The position numbers were made by a program, and so were the translations under genes. From a virus, in IMG/VR virus record IMGVR_UViG_3300010375_000001, positions 1 through 64,000 of that record: a DNA stretch of 64,000 bases. One strand, written 5' to 3'. The notes below the pieces were generated by a model. That model searched no databases. It was not told where the DNA came from and worked only from the letters and a program-made list of their open reading frames with translations. Of the stretch, positions 46,793 to 55,724 are shown piece after piece; position 1 is the first letter of the stretch; every line of letters starts with the position of its first letter.

Positions 46793-47452
46793 ATGAACAA
46801 GAAAAATTACCGGACCGTACGGACCAAGGTGTATCAATTTGATGCGCTGAGCGATAAGGCGAAGAAAAAAGCCATAGAGCAATGCCGCTACTTCAATGTT
46901 GATGGCGAGTGGTGGGAGTTTATCTACGATGATTTCAAGCGGATTTGCGAAACCGTTGGCGTCGACGTTGATTTAAAGAAAACCCACTTCCGTTTCTCAA
47001 GTCAGGGGGACGGGGCTGCGTTTACAGCGGATGTTGATTTGTTCAAGCTGATCGACGGCATTAACGGGGAGGCATGGCGGCAAGAGGCGCCCAACTTGGA
47101 CAAGGAAAATAACTTTACTCCTCCTCATTGCAGCGTAGATCGGCGGGTATTGGATTTGATCAAACGGGACTGGATTAGTTTCACGGTGAACCTTGAAGCG
47201 AAGGACCGGCCTTATCATACAAAGGCAGATATCGAGTACGATTACACTCAGGATTCGTGCGGGTCCTATGAGAACATTGAGAACCAGCTGGACTTATTAT
47301 ACCTATGGGTCAAAGACGTTGTCATCGAATTGAACCATTTGCTATATCGCATCCTAAAACGTGAATACGAATGGCGGACGAGCGATGAAGCGGTCATTGA
47401 AACGATCAAGGCCAACGAATATGAGTTTCTGGCTGATGGCAAACGCTTTTAA
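46793..47452 (+). CDS. hypothetical phage protein
   Basis: KVYQFD.LSD.AK.KA..FSSQGDGA.F..EYE..SDEAV.ETI.ANEYEF..DG family pattern. Confidence 0.65.
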   Translation: MNKKNYRTVRTKVYQFDALSDKAKKKAIEQCRYFNVDGEWWEFIYDDFKRICETVGVDVDLKKTHFRFSSQGDGAAFTADVDLFKLIDGINGEAWRQEAPNLDKENNFTPPHCSVDRRVLDLIKRDWISFTVNLEAKDRPYHTKADIEYDYTQDSCGSYENIENQLDLLYLWVKDVVIELNHLLYRILKREYEWRTSDEAVIETIKANEYEFLADGKRF

Positions 47453-47494
47453 CCCTACATGGTGCAACGCCCCGGATCGTCGCCGGGGTAGGTT
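47452..47494 (+). ncRNA. mini-tRNA-like element
   Basis: ACCCTAC/GTAGGTT; CCCGG-ATCGTCG-CCGGG. Confidence 0.6.
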
Positions 47495-47512
47495 CGAACT
47501 AAAAACAAGTGT

Positions 47513-47842
47513 ATGGAAACTCTACCGATGATCCCGAAGGATCAACTTATTTGCAAGAGTCATGCGGCATCGATGCTCATGATCTTTACGGAACGGCATT
47601 TCAAGGACCTCGTTTTGCACATTTATGAACGGGCTAAGAAGAACCAGGAACGATGGCTTTATTACAACCTTGTGAATATCCTTCTTTACAGGGTGACGAA
47701 CGAATGGGTCGATCAAATGGAGGCCGTTGAAATGGATGCTACCCTTATCCGCGAAATGTCCGTCAGCGATCAGGAGGAGTACGTAAGAGTGTATGAAAAC
47801 AGGTATTCGCATTGGTTGCGATATGGTGTCTTAATGCCATAA
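47513..47842 (+). CDS. hypothetical protein
   Basis: Follows element and motif. Confidence 0.55.
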   Translation: METLPMIPKDQLICKSHAASMLMIFTERHFKDLVLHIYERAKKNQERWLYYNLVNILLYRVTNEWVDQMEAVEMDATLIREMSVSDQEEYVRVYENRYSHWLRYGVLMP

Positions 47843-47884
47843 CCACGCTTGGAGCTTGCAAGGGATCGTTTCCCTTGCGTGGTT
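47841..47884 (+). ncRNA. mini-tRNA-like element
   Basis: AACCACG/CGTGGTT; GCT-TGG-AGC; CAAGGG-ATCGTTT-CCCTTG. Confidence 0.65.
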
Positions 47885-47902
47885 CGAACTAAAAACAAGT
47901 GT

Positions 47903-48025
47903 ATGAAAAAGCAAAATGCTACAGGTGTAAGCCTGTTTATCTTCACGGCGGTTGTTATGATCGGGTTTGCCCTGACTATTTATTCCATCAACGCTGCGTT
48001 GTGGGTGTATTCCCCGGGCCGGTAG
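47903..48025 (+). CDS. 40-aa membrane peptide
   Basis: MKKQNATGVSLFIFTAVVMIGFALTIYSI... Confidence 0.5.
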   Translation: MKKQNATGVSLFIFTAVVMIGFALTIYSINAALWVYSPGR

Positions 48026-48109
48026 AGCGACTTCTACGATCGTTTAGTTTTATCCATGCGACCTCAATCGGTCGCTTTAAAGGACCGGGTTTCTACCCGG
48101 TCCACATTT

Positions 48110-48155
48110 TCCCTACGGATCATAACGATGCCGTGCTATTCGATTAGGATAGGGA
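48110..48155 (+). ncRNA. mini-tRNA-like element (weak T stem)
   Basis: TCCCTA/TAGGGA; CGG.ATC/GAT.CCG hairpin; CTA-TTCGAT-TAG. Confidence 0.5.
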
Positions 48156-48175
48156 CCGAACTAAAAACACATAAT

Positions 48176-48823
48176 ATGACACCCGAACAGTTCGAAAAGT
48201 ACATTAGCATTAAGCTACAGGAAAGTAAGCTAACTCAAAAGCGACTCGAAGAAAATTGCGCATTATTTGTTGATGTGACAAAGATTGCCCTTGAGATAAT
48301 GCTACACGCTGGCATATCAAAACTTCACGCGCTAACGGCAATGTATGGTCCCTTTATGGATTCTAAGTGTGAAGGCGAGGTGAATTTTTGGTGGACAGGA
48401 TACATCCAAATGTATGACAGCTGTAAAATCCGCTATTCTATTGAGCTTGCCCGGCAATGGGTTAACGGCAACCAATGGTGCGAGGTGGGCATGAAGTACC
48501 CGACCTTTGATAAGGCGAAGTTCGTAAAGCGCTTTAAGCTCCAATATGTCGGACTGTATCCGGCTGATGGCGTTGAGTATGAGGTTTGGGAGAATCCGGG
48601 CCGGACCATGATGTGGTCATGTAGTCCAGGGAGCTTCGGTAAGGGAGGATACGCGGGCCTTGTCTTCGATACGTTTGATAGCGCGTATCAGTTCGTACAG
48701 TGGTTTATGTCTTCGCCTACTCACTATGTGAAAGACATCGATGTCTTTCACAATGGACTGGGCGGCCTCGGTGTTGAGCAGTACAAAACCATCCGCGAAC
48801 GAGGTTCAGTAAGTGCAAGCTAA
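48176..48823 (+). CDS. hypothetical protein
   Basis: Follows element and motif. Confidence 0.6.
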   Translation: MTPEQFEKYISIKLQESKLTQKRLEENCALFVDVTKIALEIMLHAGISKLHALTAMYGPFMDSKCEGEVNFWWTGYIQMYDSCKIRYSIELARQWVNGNQWCEVGMKYPTFDKAKFVKRFKLQYVGLYPADGVEYEVWENPGRTMMWSCSPGSFGKGGYAGLVFDTFDSAYQFVQWFMSSPTHYVKDIDVFHNGLGGLGVEQYKTIRERGSVSAS

Positions 48824-48830
48824 CCACCCA

Positions 48831-48884
48831 CAGCGGGACCGTGGTCCTTCGGGATCGGCGAGGCATTCGAAGTGCCGCCCGCTG
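48831..48884 (+). ncRNA. mini-tRNA-like element
   Basis: CAGCGGG/CCCGCTG; GGTCC-TTCG-GGATC; GGCA-TTCGAAG-TGCC. Confidence 0.65.
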
Positions 48885-48905
48885 CTAATCAAAAACAAGT
48901 ACATT

Positions 48906-49232
48906 ATGGTGGATGCGTCAAACTTTTATATTAGGACTGATTGCACGTGGTCTTATCTATACTATGGCAATAGAGCCTATGATCTTTTTTCAGAACTGAA
49001 AAACACTTCTGGTATCGAGATTGTCCGTCCTTATGCAAGTTCAAGCTATTATGCGGTAGATGCTGCCAAAAATGAAGTATACCGGCTTTCGAACCATTGG
49101 GGGCGCGTTGCGTCCTGTTTTTGGTTTTTAGACAAAGACCTACCGATTTGGCAGCTACGCCAGCGATTGTATGTAATTGCGAAAGCAAATTTTTCTGATT
49201 TTATTCAAAAACCACACCCGGTTGATTATTAA
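48906..49232 (+). CDS. hypothetical phage protein
   Basis: SSSYY..VYRLSNHWGRVASC.W. Confidence 0.6.
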   Translation: MVDASNFYIRTDCTWSYLYYGNRAYDLFSELKNTSGIEIVRPYASSSYYAVDAAKNEVYRLSNHWGRVASCFWFLDKDLPIWQLRQRLYVIAKANFSDFIQKPHPVDY

Positions 49233-49257
49233 CTAAAATTTTCAAAACTCTAAAACT

Positions 49258-49560
49258 ATGGCACACACTAAAGGACGTTGGTCATCGTATGAAGATGCTG
49301 TTACCGCTAAAGTAAAGGCAAGGGGGCGTATCGATGTTTCTCAAGTTGATATCTGCCATATGTACGACGACGATGGCATACCGCGCAGCGAGCAGCGGGA
49401 TAACAAGAAGCTGATCAAAGCTGCGCCGGATATGTATAGGGCTTTGCAAGAGATCATTGATGTAATTGAATCAGGTGACCGTAAGGTAATGCGAATCATT
49501 CTGCTGAAAGCGTTGATGTATGCCAAGGCCGGGCTGCGCAAAGCTCCGAAGCGAAAGTAA
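49258..49560 (+). CDS. hypothetical phage protein (HTKG.W / LI.AAPD family)
   Basis: MAHTKGRW..KLIKAAPDMYRAL. Confidence 0.65.
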   Translation: MAHTKGRWSSYEDAVTAKVKARGRIDVSQVDICHMYDDDGIPRSEQRDNKKLIKAAPDMYRALQEIIDVIESGDRKVMRIILLKALMYAKAGLRKAPKRK

Positions 49561-49564
49561 CTAA

Positions 49565-49610
49565 TAGCGGGCCGCACTACAGGTGCAGACATTCGCCATG
49601 TCACCCGCTG
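49565..49610 (+). ncRNA. mini-tRNA-like element
   Basis: TAGCGGG/CCCGCTG; GCAC/GTGC; GACA-TTCGCCA-TGTC. Confidence 0.65.
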
Positions 49611-49629
49611 CGAACTAAAAACTAGTAAG

Positions 49630-49896
49630 ATGAAATCAACGCTTAGATTGAAAGTGTCTATCAAGGTAGGCACGGCAAAGGCGATGGAAAAATGGTATCG
49701 CGATTTATTCCATGCCTGTGACAAAAAGAGGATTGATGTCGTCCGGGAGCTGGTAACGATGGAGGAGAACCAGCGGCGGGCCGGTGATTGGAATTGGGGG
49801 GCCGAATGTTTCGATGCCGAGTTCATTACGGAGAAAGACGATCTATTGCATCGGGCATTCCTGTTAGTGGAGGCCGCGAAGATGGGCAAGCAATAG
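49630..49896 (+). CDS. hypothetical protein
   Basis: Follows element. Confidence 0.55.
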   Translation: MKSTLRLKVSIKVGTAKAMEKWYRDLFHACDKKRIDVVRELVTMEENQRRAGDWNWGAECFDAEFITEKDDLLHRAFLLVEAAKMGKQ

Positions 49897-49921
49897 CCCA
49901 TTTTTAATCCCTACCCCCGTA

Positions 49922-49966
49922 CAGCGCGCTGACTTCGGTGTCTACCCTTCGATGCGGGGCGCGCTG
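49922..49966 (+). ncRNA. mini-tRNA-like element
   Basis: CAGCGCGC/GCGCGCTG; GAC-TTCGGT-GTC; CCC-TTCGATGC-GGG. Confidence 0.6.
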
Positions 49967-49982
49967 GCTAAAACACAACTAT

Positions 49983-50339
49983 ATGAGTTACGATCTTAAA
50001 CTGAAAGACCCGCTAACAGGCGAAACCATCCTGTTAGCGGAGGACCATCACATAACAGGTGGTACATACGCACTTGGTGGAACAAAAGAAGCGTGGATTA
50101 ATATTACTTATAACTACGGTGGTATTTTTCGTCAGGTGCTTGGAGAAAATGGTATCCGAACGATTTACGGCATGACCGGTGCGGAAGCGCTGCCGCTCTT
50201 GGAAAAGGCCATCTATCAGCTAAAGAGTGATATGACGGACAACTACTGGGATGCGACTGAAGGTAATGCCAAGAAAGCGCTGCTAAATGTAGCTGCTTTA
50301 TCCGCTCTTGCTCCCCAAGGGATATGGAGCGGAGACTAA
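49983..50339 (+). CDS. hypothetical phage protein (NITYNY family)
   Basis: MSYD..GGTY..AWINITYNY..GIR.IYG.TG..DNYW.ATEGNAK.AL. Confidence 0.7.
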   Translation: MSYDLKLKDPLTGETILLAEDHHITGGTYALGGTKEAWINITYNYGGIFRQVLGENGIRTIYGMTGAEALPLLEKAIYQLKSDMTDNYWDATEGNAKKALLNVAALSALAPQGIWSGD

Positions 50340-50377
50340 CCGCCTGACGGCGAAATTTTATAACTAAACTTACCCCA

Positions 50378-50593
50378 ATGAACAAGAAAGATGGAAGGCC
50401 TTTCTATGAGGCCTGTTATGATGGTATGATGTCAACGGTAATCGAAATAACGGCGGATGATGTAAAATATGAATATCATACGGTGGACAACTATGAGTTT
50501 TTTTGGAGCCGAGCCAAAGCGGTGAGAGCATTGCGGGCAAGACTGCGCCGGGAGATTCGTGATCTTAAGTATTGCTTAAAGCATCTTCATTAA
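50378..50593 (+). CDS. hypothetical protein
   Basis: ORF in operon. Confidence 0.5.
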   Translation: MNKKDGRPFYEACYDGMMSTVIEITADDVKYEYHTVDNYEFFWSRAKAVRALRARLRREIRDLKYCLKHLH

Positions 50594-50615
50594 TTAGTAA
50601 ACTAAAAACAAGTAT

Positions 50616-50807
50616 ATGAAAACATTCGATTGTACAGTAATTTACGCGAGGCCTTCGCATTGGGGAGGCATTGAATCAAAACGCTGGCAATGTCGCATTC
50701 ATGCAATTGACGAGTCAGCAGCCGAATCAATTGCTCCATTGTTAGTTGCAGATAAGACCTACCTATATACAATAATGGTAGAGGTTGAAGTAACAGTTAT
50801 TCTCTAA
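50616..50807 (+). CDS. hypothetical protein
   Basis: Follows AACTAAAAACAA. Confidence 0.5.
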   Translation: MKTFDCTVIYARPSHWGGIESKRWQCRIHAIDESAAESIAPLLVADKTYLYTIMVEVEVTVIL

Positions 50808-50856
50808 AACGCCACAGTGGACCGCCACGCATGCAGCTCGTGCGCTGCATGGCGTT
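50808..50856 (+). ncRNA. mini-tRNA-like element
   Basis: AACGCCA/TGGCGTT; GTGG-ACCG-CCAC; TGCAG-CTCGTGCG-CTGCA. Confidence 0.6.
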
Positions 50857-50875
50857 CGAACCAAATCAGTATATT

Positions 50876-51259
50876 ATGGGTTACGAAACAAGGCTGTACA
50901 TTGGCCTATTGCATGAGAAGATGCTCGCGACTGATCCGGGTCGGTACGTTAGAAAGTTAGCGATGATCGAAATCGATGCTCCTATTTTCACTGGTACTTT
51001 CATTGAAGAAAAGGACAAGGAAGTGCCGGTCTATTTGATTGCCGATGGCGATGCAAACCCGGATGAAATGCTTGCCGATGATAAGTATGGAAGTCAGCTC
51101 TATGCGATCAATCCGCAGAAAATTCAGGCGAAGCTATTAATCTTTCAAGGACTGAAAGAATATCCGATGGCCTTTGCAGCTGCGCAATTCCTGCGTTCTC
51201 TTATCATGGACTACGCGAAGACGAGATGGGAACTTGTTTGCGTCTTGTATGGACACTGA
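50876..51259 (+). CDS. hypothetical protein
   Basis: MGYETRLYIG..VLYGH. Confidence 0.6.
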   Translation: MGYETRLYIGLLHEKMLATDPGRYVRKLAMIEIDAPIFTGTFIEEKDKEVPVYLIADGDANPDEMLADDKYGSQLYAINPQKIQAKLLIFQGLKEYPMAFAAAQFLRSLIMDYAKTRWELVCVLYGH

Positions 51260-51260
51260 A

Positions 51261-51308
51261 AACGCCAAGCGGATGGGCCGCGCGCCGGGATCGTGTCCCG
51301 GTGGCGTT
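51261..51308 (+). ncRNA. mini-tRNA-like element
   Basis: Perfect 7+5 bp: AACGCCA/TGGCGTT; GCGG-ATGGG-CCGC; CCGGG-ATCGTGT-CCCGG. Confidence 0.7.
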
Positions 51309-51326
51309 CTAACTAAAAACAAGTAT

Positions 51327-51578
51327 ATGACTGATCTAAAGTTCGTCGTCCGCTTGGGAGTGATTAACCCCGAAACGGAGGAACTGCAATCCATCGATAT
51401 TTACATGGATGCGGGTGGTGTAATGGTTGGATTCGACTCTATACCTATCGCCAATGGGGATAGGCTATATTCCCCCTATGATAAAAAGGAGGTAACGCTG
51501 GAAGGCCAGGAGGCCATTAAGCAGCCGCGCCGCGAGTCGAATGCAAAGAAATATTCATCACTGCTGAAGAAATTATAG
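51327..51578 (+). CDS. hypothetical protein
   Basis: Follows element and motif. Confidence 0.55.
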   Translation: MTDLKFVVRLGVINPETEELQSIDIYMDAGGVMVGFDSIPIANGDRLYSPYDKKEVTLEGQEAIKQPRRESNAKKYSSLLKKL

Positions 51579-51589
51579 TAATAACATCA

Positions 51590-51612
51590 AACGTTTCCGG
51601 ACCGTAACCGGA
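51590..51612 (+). repeat. AACGTT + T-arm-only hairpin (near-copy at 57295-57317)
   Basis: AACGTT-TCCGG-ACCGTAA-CCGGA. Confidence 0.6.
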
Positions 51613-51619
51613 CCACAAG

Positions 51620-52036
51620 ATGAAACACACAATAACGTTGCATCGCGTCACAACGGAAGTAATAGAAGTTGAGATTGAGGCAAAAACAATCAAGGCGGCT
51701 ATACAAAAGGCAGAGAAAACAGCATTTGCCGAAAACGCTTTTGAAACCAACAAACCGGAAGTCAATAGCATCGACTATTATGTCTGGACAGAGCAGAGGA
51801 ATCGAATGCCGGAAATACTCATTACCGTTGATGGTGGCATCATCGATGAAATTATATCTACCACGCGCAATATCAAAGTCTCAGTTATTGACGACGATGA
51901 CGAAGGTCGCTCGCCGGGAGAAAGCAAAATCCCCTATTTCCAAGCGCAACCGGATAGTATCGTTACGTTCGACCATATTAAAGCGATGTTGGAAGAGGCG
52001 GAAGACGAGCAACTGAATGAGCAAGATGAAGAATAG
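51620..52036 (+). CDS. hypothetical protein
   Basis: ORF in operon. Confidence 0.6.
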   Translation: MKHTITLHRVTTEVIEVEIEAKTIKAAIQKAEKTAFAENAFETNKPEVNSIDYYVWTEQRNRMPEILITVDGGIIDEIISTTRNIKVSVIDDDDEGRSPGESKIPYFQAQPDSIVTFDHIKAMLEEAEDEQLNEQDEE

Positions 52037-52043
52037 AAGCTTT

Positions 52044-52087
52044 AACCCTGCTTGGAGCTACGGCCCGGATCGATGCCGGGCGGGGTT
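52044..52087 (+). ncRNA. mini-tRNA-like element
   Basis: 7+5 bp: AACCCTG/CGGGGTT; CT-TGG-AG; CCCGG-ATCGATG-CCGGG. Confidence 0.7.
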
Positions 52088-52105
52088 CTAAAAATGTAGA
52101 TCATT

Positions 52106-52504
52106 ATGAATACAGTAAAACGAACAGAAAAAGGCTGGGCGGGTCATTTCATATGTTCAAGATGGTGTTTATTTCGCCGCCATACACTCCTGGAATATGG
52201 TGATATAGCGATTACCGTTAGCACGGTGGGTAACCATCTTTCATATGATGAGAAAATGCAGGACCTTGGAATTGGACGTTATTTCGAAACGATGGTTTTT
52301 CACTCTGAGCCCGTTACGGTGGACAACCATTGGAAAGATGCGGATGTGAGCAAGCAGATTGCCATTCGTTCCAGGAGCACTATCGGTGAGCCGTGGAAGG
52401 AACAGGAGGCCAATGATATGCATGAACGAATTGTTCAGGAGTTTGTCGATGACTTGCTGGCCGGGAATCGGTTTGAAATACCTGCCGATGACTACGATGA
52501 ATAA
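52106..52504 (+). CDS. hypothetical phage protein
   Basis: RTE.GW.GHF..C.FRR.TLL..VSTVG..YFETMVF. Confidence 0.65.
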   Translation: MNTVKRTEKGWAGHFICSRWCLFRRHTLLEYGDIAITVSTVGNHLSYDEKMQDLGIGRYFETMVFHSEPVTVDNHWKDADVSKQIAIRSRSTIGEPWKEQEANDMHERIVQEFVDDLLAGNRFEIPADDYDE

Positions 52505-52757
52505 TAAAAATAAACTGTTTGATATGGACCATCGGTGGACCAAAGGAAAATACGCGGCCTACCTCAACAAGGAGTATAGCAAGTGTACTTTGGAGCAAAT
52601 TCATAGAAAGTTCAGCTATCTCTATGATTCGGTGGCTGGGGAAAATGCGCTTACGAGGGCGTGGGTGGGAGGCAGGGTGGGCAGTTATGTCGCTGATCAT
52701 GATCCGGAGGCCTTTAACAATTGGTACGAAAAATGGGTTGCACAAAAAAAACGTTAG
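52497..52757 (+). CDS. hypothetical protein
   Basis: Overlap-coupled ORF. Confidence 0.5.
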   Translation: MNNKNKLFDMDHRWTKGKYAAYLNKEYSKCTLEQIHRKFSYLYDSVAGENALTRAWVGGRVGSYVADHDPEAFNNWYEKWVAQKKR

Positions 52758-52773
52758 CGGATCGTAACCGCGT
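52749..52773 (+). repeat. AACGTT + T-arm-only hairpin (identical copy at 56815-56839)
   Basis: AAACGTTAGCGG-ATCGTAA-CCGCGT. Confidence 0.65.
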
Positions 52774-52778
52774 GAAAT

Positions 52779-53024
52779 ATGAGAAGTATTAAAGTAGTAG
52801 TTACAGTGCTAAAGCTAAACGCTCAAGTAGCCATCGCCCACCAGTATGATATGGAAGGGTCTCAAGAAGTATCATCGAAACGGAAAATTCGGCGAGCTAT
52901 TTCGCGATATATAGGCAATTATGGAGAGTCCTGTGTGGATGACCGCCAAACAGAGAGTAGCAATGAGGCATGGGCTTTTGCAGAAAAGGCCTATGCTAAA
53001 TATTTTAATAGTTTTAAACGATAA
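52779..53024 (+). CDS. hypothetical protein
   Basis: ORF in operon. Confidence 0.5.
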   Translation: MRSIKVVVTVLKLNAQVAIAHQYDMEGSQEVSSKRKIRRAISRYIGNYGESCVDDRQTESSNEAWAFAEKAYAKYFNSFKR

Positions 53025-53027
53025 CAC

Positions 53028-53738
53028 ATGAAACAAAAACTAATCATCGCCATCGCTTTTTTGTTAGGCCTTGGCGTATTACCCGGTTATCTTATTGCGA
53101 AGCGCATCGTCTCTATGCGCGGCAAGAGTGAAGCCGCAGCAAAGCATACTGTCACCGACAACCCGCAGTATAACGAGCAGCTGAAGATATGGGGCGCGTA
53201 TTGGGGGCCCCGTTCGATTGTTATGTTGGGTGACTCGCATATGTACAAATGTCACTGGGATGAGTTATTAAGCCGGGACAGCATCGCCAACCAGGGCATT
53301 GGCAGCGATATAACGGAAGGATATCTGGCCCGTATTGGGTACGTTTTCGATGTGAAGCCCCGGATTTGTTTTATCGAGGGCGGGGGCAATGATATCGAGT
53401 ATAAGATTGCGCCTGCGGAGATCGTGGCCAATATCCAGCGGATCGTGGATACGTTGAAGCCGAAGGGCATTATCTGCGTGCTAACGACCGTTCCGTATGA
53501 GCTGAGCACGTTAGCCGGAGCGCAGCAATACAACGGGGCTATCGACGAGCTGAATGCACGTGTCAGGATGTATGCCTACAAAAACGGGCTGGACTACATC
53601 GATCTGAACGGGCTAACGGCACGCGACGGAGCGCTCAACCCGGATGAGGCGCAGAATGACGGCGCACATCTCACCGCAGCCGCGTACGTGAATTGGAAGC
53701 TGGCAATGGAAAAGATTTTGAAAAAGTATAAATTGTAA
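53028..53738 (+). CDS. membrane-anchored SGNH/GDSL hydrolase (esterase)
   Basis: MLGDS, NQGIGSD, GGGND, DGAH blocks; N-terminal TM/signal. Confidence 0.85.
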   Translation: MKQKLIIAIAFLLGLGVLPGYLIAKRIVSMRGKSEAAAKHTVTDNPQYNEQLKIWGAYWGPRSIVMLGDSHMYKCHWDELLSRDSIANQGIGSDITEGYLARIGYVFDVKPRICFIEGGGNDIEYKIAPAEIVANIQRIVDTLKPKGIICVLTTVPYELSTLAGAQQYNGAIDELNARVRMYAYKNGLDYIDLNGLTARDGALNPDEAQNDGAHLTAAAYVNWKLAMEKILKKYKL

Positions 53739-53740
53739 CA

Positions 53741-53995
53741 ATGGCTATGGTAATTACCCCATATCAGGGGATAAACGATGACTTTCTGGAACACCGGTTT
53801 GCGCGATGCATCAATTTATTTTTCGAAGGCAAACGCGAAGAATCTTTCGATGTCTTTCAACAGATGGATAAAAAAACACACGCTACATTTTTCGTATGCC
53901 TGGGCATAGCCATGCAAATGAATAGTGAGAAGATGACCGGCATGTCGGCGGGAGAGGCGAATGAACTTTTTAAATATTATTTGGATAAAATTTAA
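53741..53995 (+). CDS. hypothetical protein
   Basis: ORF in operon. Confidence 0.5.
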   Translation: MAMVITPYQGINDDFLEHRFARCINLFFEGKREESFDVFQQMDKKTHATFFVCLGIAMQMNSEKMTGMSAGEANELFKYYLDKI

Positions 53996-54001
53996 ACGTA
54001 A

Positions 54002-54044
54002 ACCGCGTGGTCTGGCCTATCCGGGATCGTAACCTGGACGCGGG
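54002..54044 (+). ncRNA. mini-tRNA-like element
   Basis: CCGCGT/ACGCGG; GGT-CTG-GCC; CCGGG-ATCGTAA-CCTGG. Confidence 0.65.
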
Positions 54045-54072
54045 CAATCATTCTATAACCAATTTACCCATT

Positions 54073-55713
54073 ATGGCTACTCGAATTTTACCAACGCCAG
54101 ACGAATTGGAGCAGGCGTTGCTTGCCCATATTTTGTCGCCTCCCGTTATCCGGATTGCCGTTATAGCTGCCACGCTTATGATAACCAATCAGGAGTTCCA
54201 TAAGATATGGATGAGTCGTCACACAACGAAGCCACACGATTGGTATATGGAAAAAAGGATGGAGGCAGCAGCTAAGCTGCTATTGGAAGGCAATACCATT
54301 GACGAAACAGCCCGCATCCTCGGTTATGCGAGTGTGGGCGGATTGCTTGTGCCATTCCGTACGCGATTCGGCAAATCGCCTACGGAATATATTGCTGAAC
54401 ATAGAGAGGCAGAGTCTTTAATTAAGCATCGGGCCAAGGTAGTGGAAATGTCGAAGGTTGTGGCTATTAATGCGCGGCGCATCCGATGCGAAAAAAACTG
54501 GACGCAAGCTAAAGTAGCCAAAGCATTGGGCGTAGTCGCTAGCAAGTATACGCTACGAGAAAGTGGGGAAATGCTTTTTAGTCGCGAGCAGATCGAACGG
54601 CTTGCTAAAGCCTTGGAGGTAACATCGGCCGACTTGCTGGAAGGTTTCGAAATTAACCAAAACAATAACCTTCAAATTGATTCTATGGCTGAAATGTCAC
54701 TAGGCGTTGCGATAGGTAAGAACCTACGGCGCATTCGCAAAGAGAAACAACTTACACTTAAAGACCTGGAAGACCTCACCGATATTGAGGCGTACAAACT
54801 GGATTATATGGAGGGAGGGGGGCATAAATTTAATAGGGTAATGATCGAGAAGCTGGCGATGGCTCTTGGTGTACCTCCCTCTGATTTGACGGAAGGGGCC
54901 GATCCTTCTCGCGATATCGCCCAGTTATACGAGACGTATAAAGGGCTATCTGTGGCTGACATTCGCCTTGTCGAAGATAGTGACCAGGAGGCCGACTTTG
55001 ACCCAGAGCAGTTAGCAAAAGATACCAGGAAAATGCTCGCGAGCGAAGAGAAAAGGAGTGTCCGACAAGTTATTCGGCCGGTGCCGAAGGAAACGGAGGA
55101 GCCCGACCTGGGCGCGGAAGAAGAAACGCCAGCACAGGCCAAAGAAGAGCCGGTAGCGCCTCCAGCGGAAACAGCCAGCCAGCCAACCGACCCCGGATCG
55201 GCGGCACAACTGTTAATCGAGTATACCAAGCAAACGCCACACCTTCAGGATATGGTAGAAAAGCTGTACAAGGCACGGCTGACAGATAAGATAACAGACC
55301 TGGCGTTATATGTGCAGCGCAAGCTGCTGCCTACGGTGATAGTAGCGTATGTATCCGATGAGGATAACAAAGTCAAGGCCGTTGAACGGGTTCGAACGAT
55401 GAGCGAGGCGGAGAAGTTTACCTATCTCCAATTTTGCGCACAAGGGTATGACACCTGGAAGGCGGCGTTGTTTCCGGAAGAGGAGCTGTCCCTGGGTGTG
55501 CTGATCGCGGCCAACACGGAGGCGGCGCTGGTGGCGGCGTTCGAGCTGGATAAACGCCGCGCCCTGGCCGACCTGCTACTGCCACTTATCAGATCCTCCT
55601 CCAGCCCTAGGGGAGTAGATATGGGGCTGCTATCCATGGCGGTAGGAGAGTGGATAGAGGACCTGACCAAGGTACAGCAGGCGATTACGGAATATCTGGA
55701 AACAACCAAGTAA
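54073..55713 (+). CDS. multi-HTH regulator: AraC-type HTH plus two XRE HTH domains
   Basis: RMEAAAKLL..IDETARILGY..FRTRFGKSPTEY (AraC); RIRCEKNWTQAKVA and LRRIRKEKQLTLKDL (XRE). Confidence 0.8.
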   Translation: MATRILPTPDELEQALLAHILSPPVIRIAVIAATLMITNQEFHKIWMSRHTTKPHDWYMEKRMEAAAKLLLEGNTIDETARILGYASVGGLLVPFRTRFGKSPTEYIAEHREAESLIKHRAKVVEMSKVVAINARRIRCEKNWTQAKVAKALGVVASKYTLRESGEMLFSREQIERLAKALEVTSADLLEGFEINQNNNLQIDSMAEMSLGVAIGKNLRRIRKEKQLTLKDLEDLTDIEAYKLDYMEGGGHKFNRVMIEKLAMALGVPPSDLTEGADPSRDIAQLYETYKGLSVADIRLVEDSDQEADFDPEQLAKDTRKMLASEEKRSVRQVIRPVPKETEEPDLGAEEETPAQAKEEPVAPPAETASQPTDPGSAAQLLIEYTKQTPHLQDMVEKLYKARLTDKITDLALYVQRKLLPTVIVAYVSDEDNKVKAVERVRTMSEAEKFTYLQFCAQGYDTWKAALFPEEELSLGVLIAANTEAALVAAFELDKRRALADLLLPLIRSSSSPRGVDMGLLSMAVGEWIEDLTKVQQAITEYLETTK

Positions 55714-55724
55714 ACGAATGACTC

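Noticed and set aside
47452-52087. Integron attC cassette array (several junction elements start AAC and end GTT; a tyrosine recombinase is present)
   Set aside because: Most elements lack AAC/GTT ends, they fold as three-way junctions with T-loops rather than single attC hairpins, and the integrase shows no IntI-specific insertion before the H-x-x-R region.
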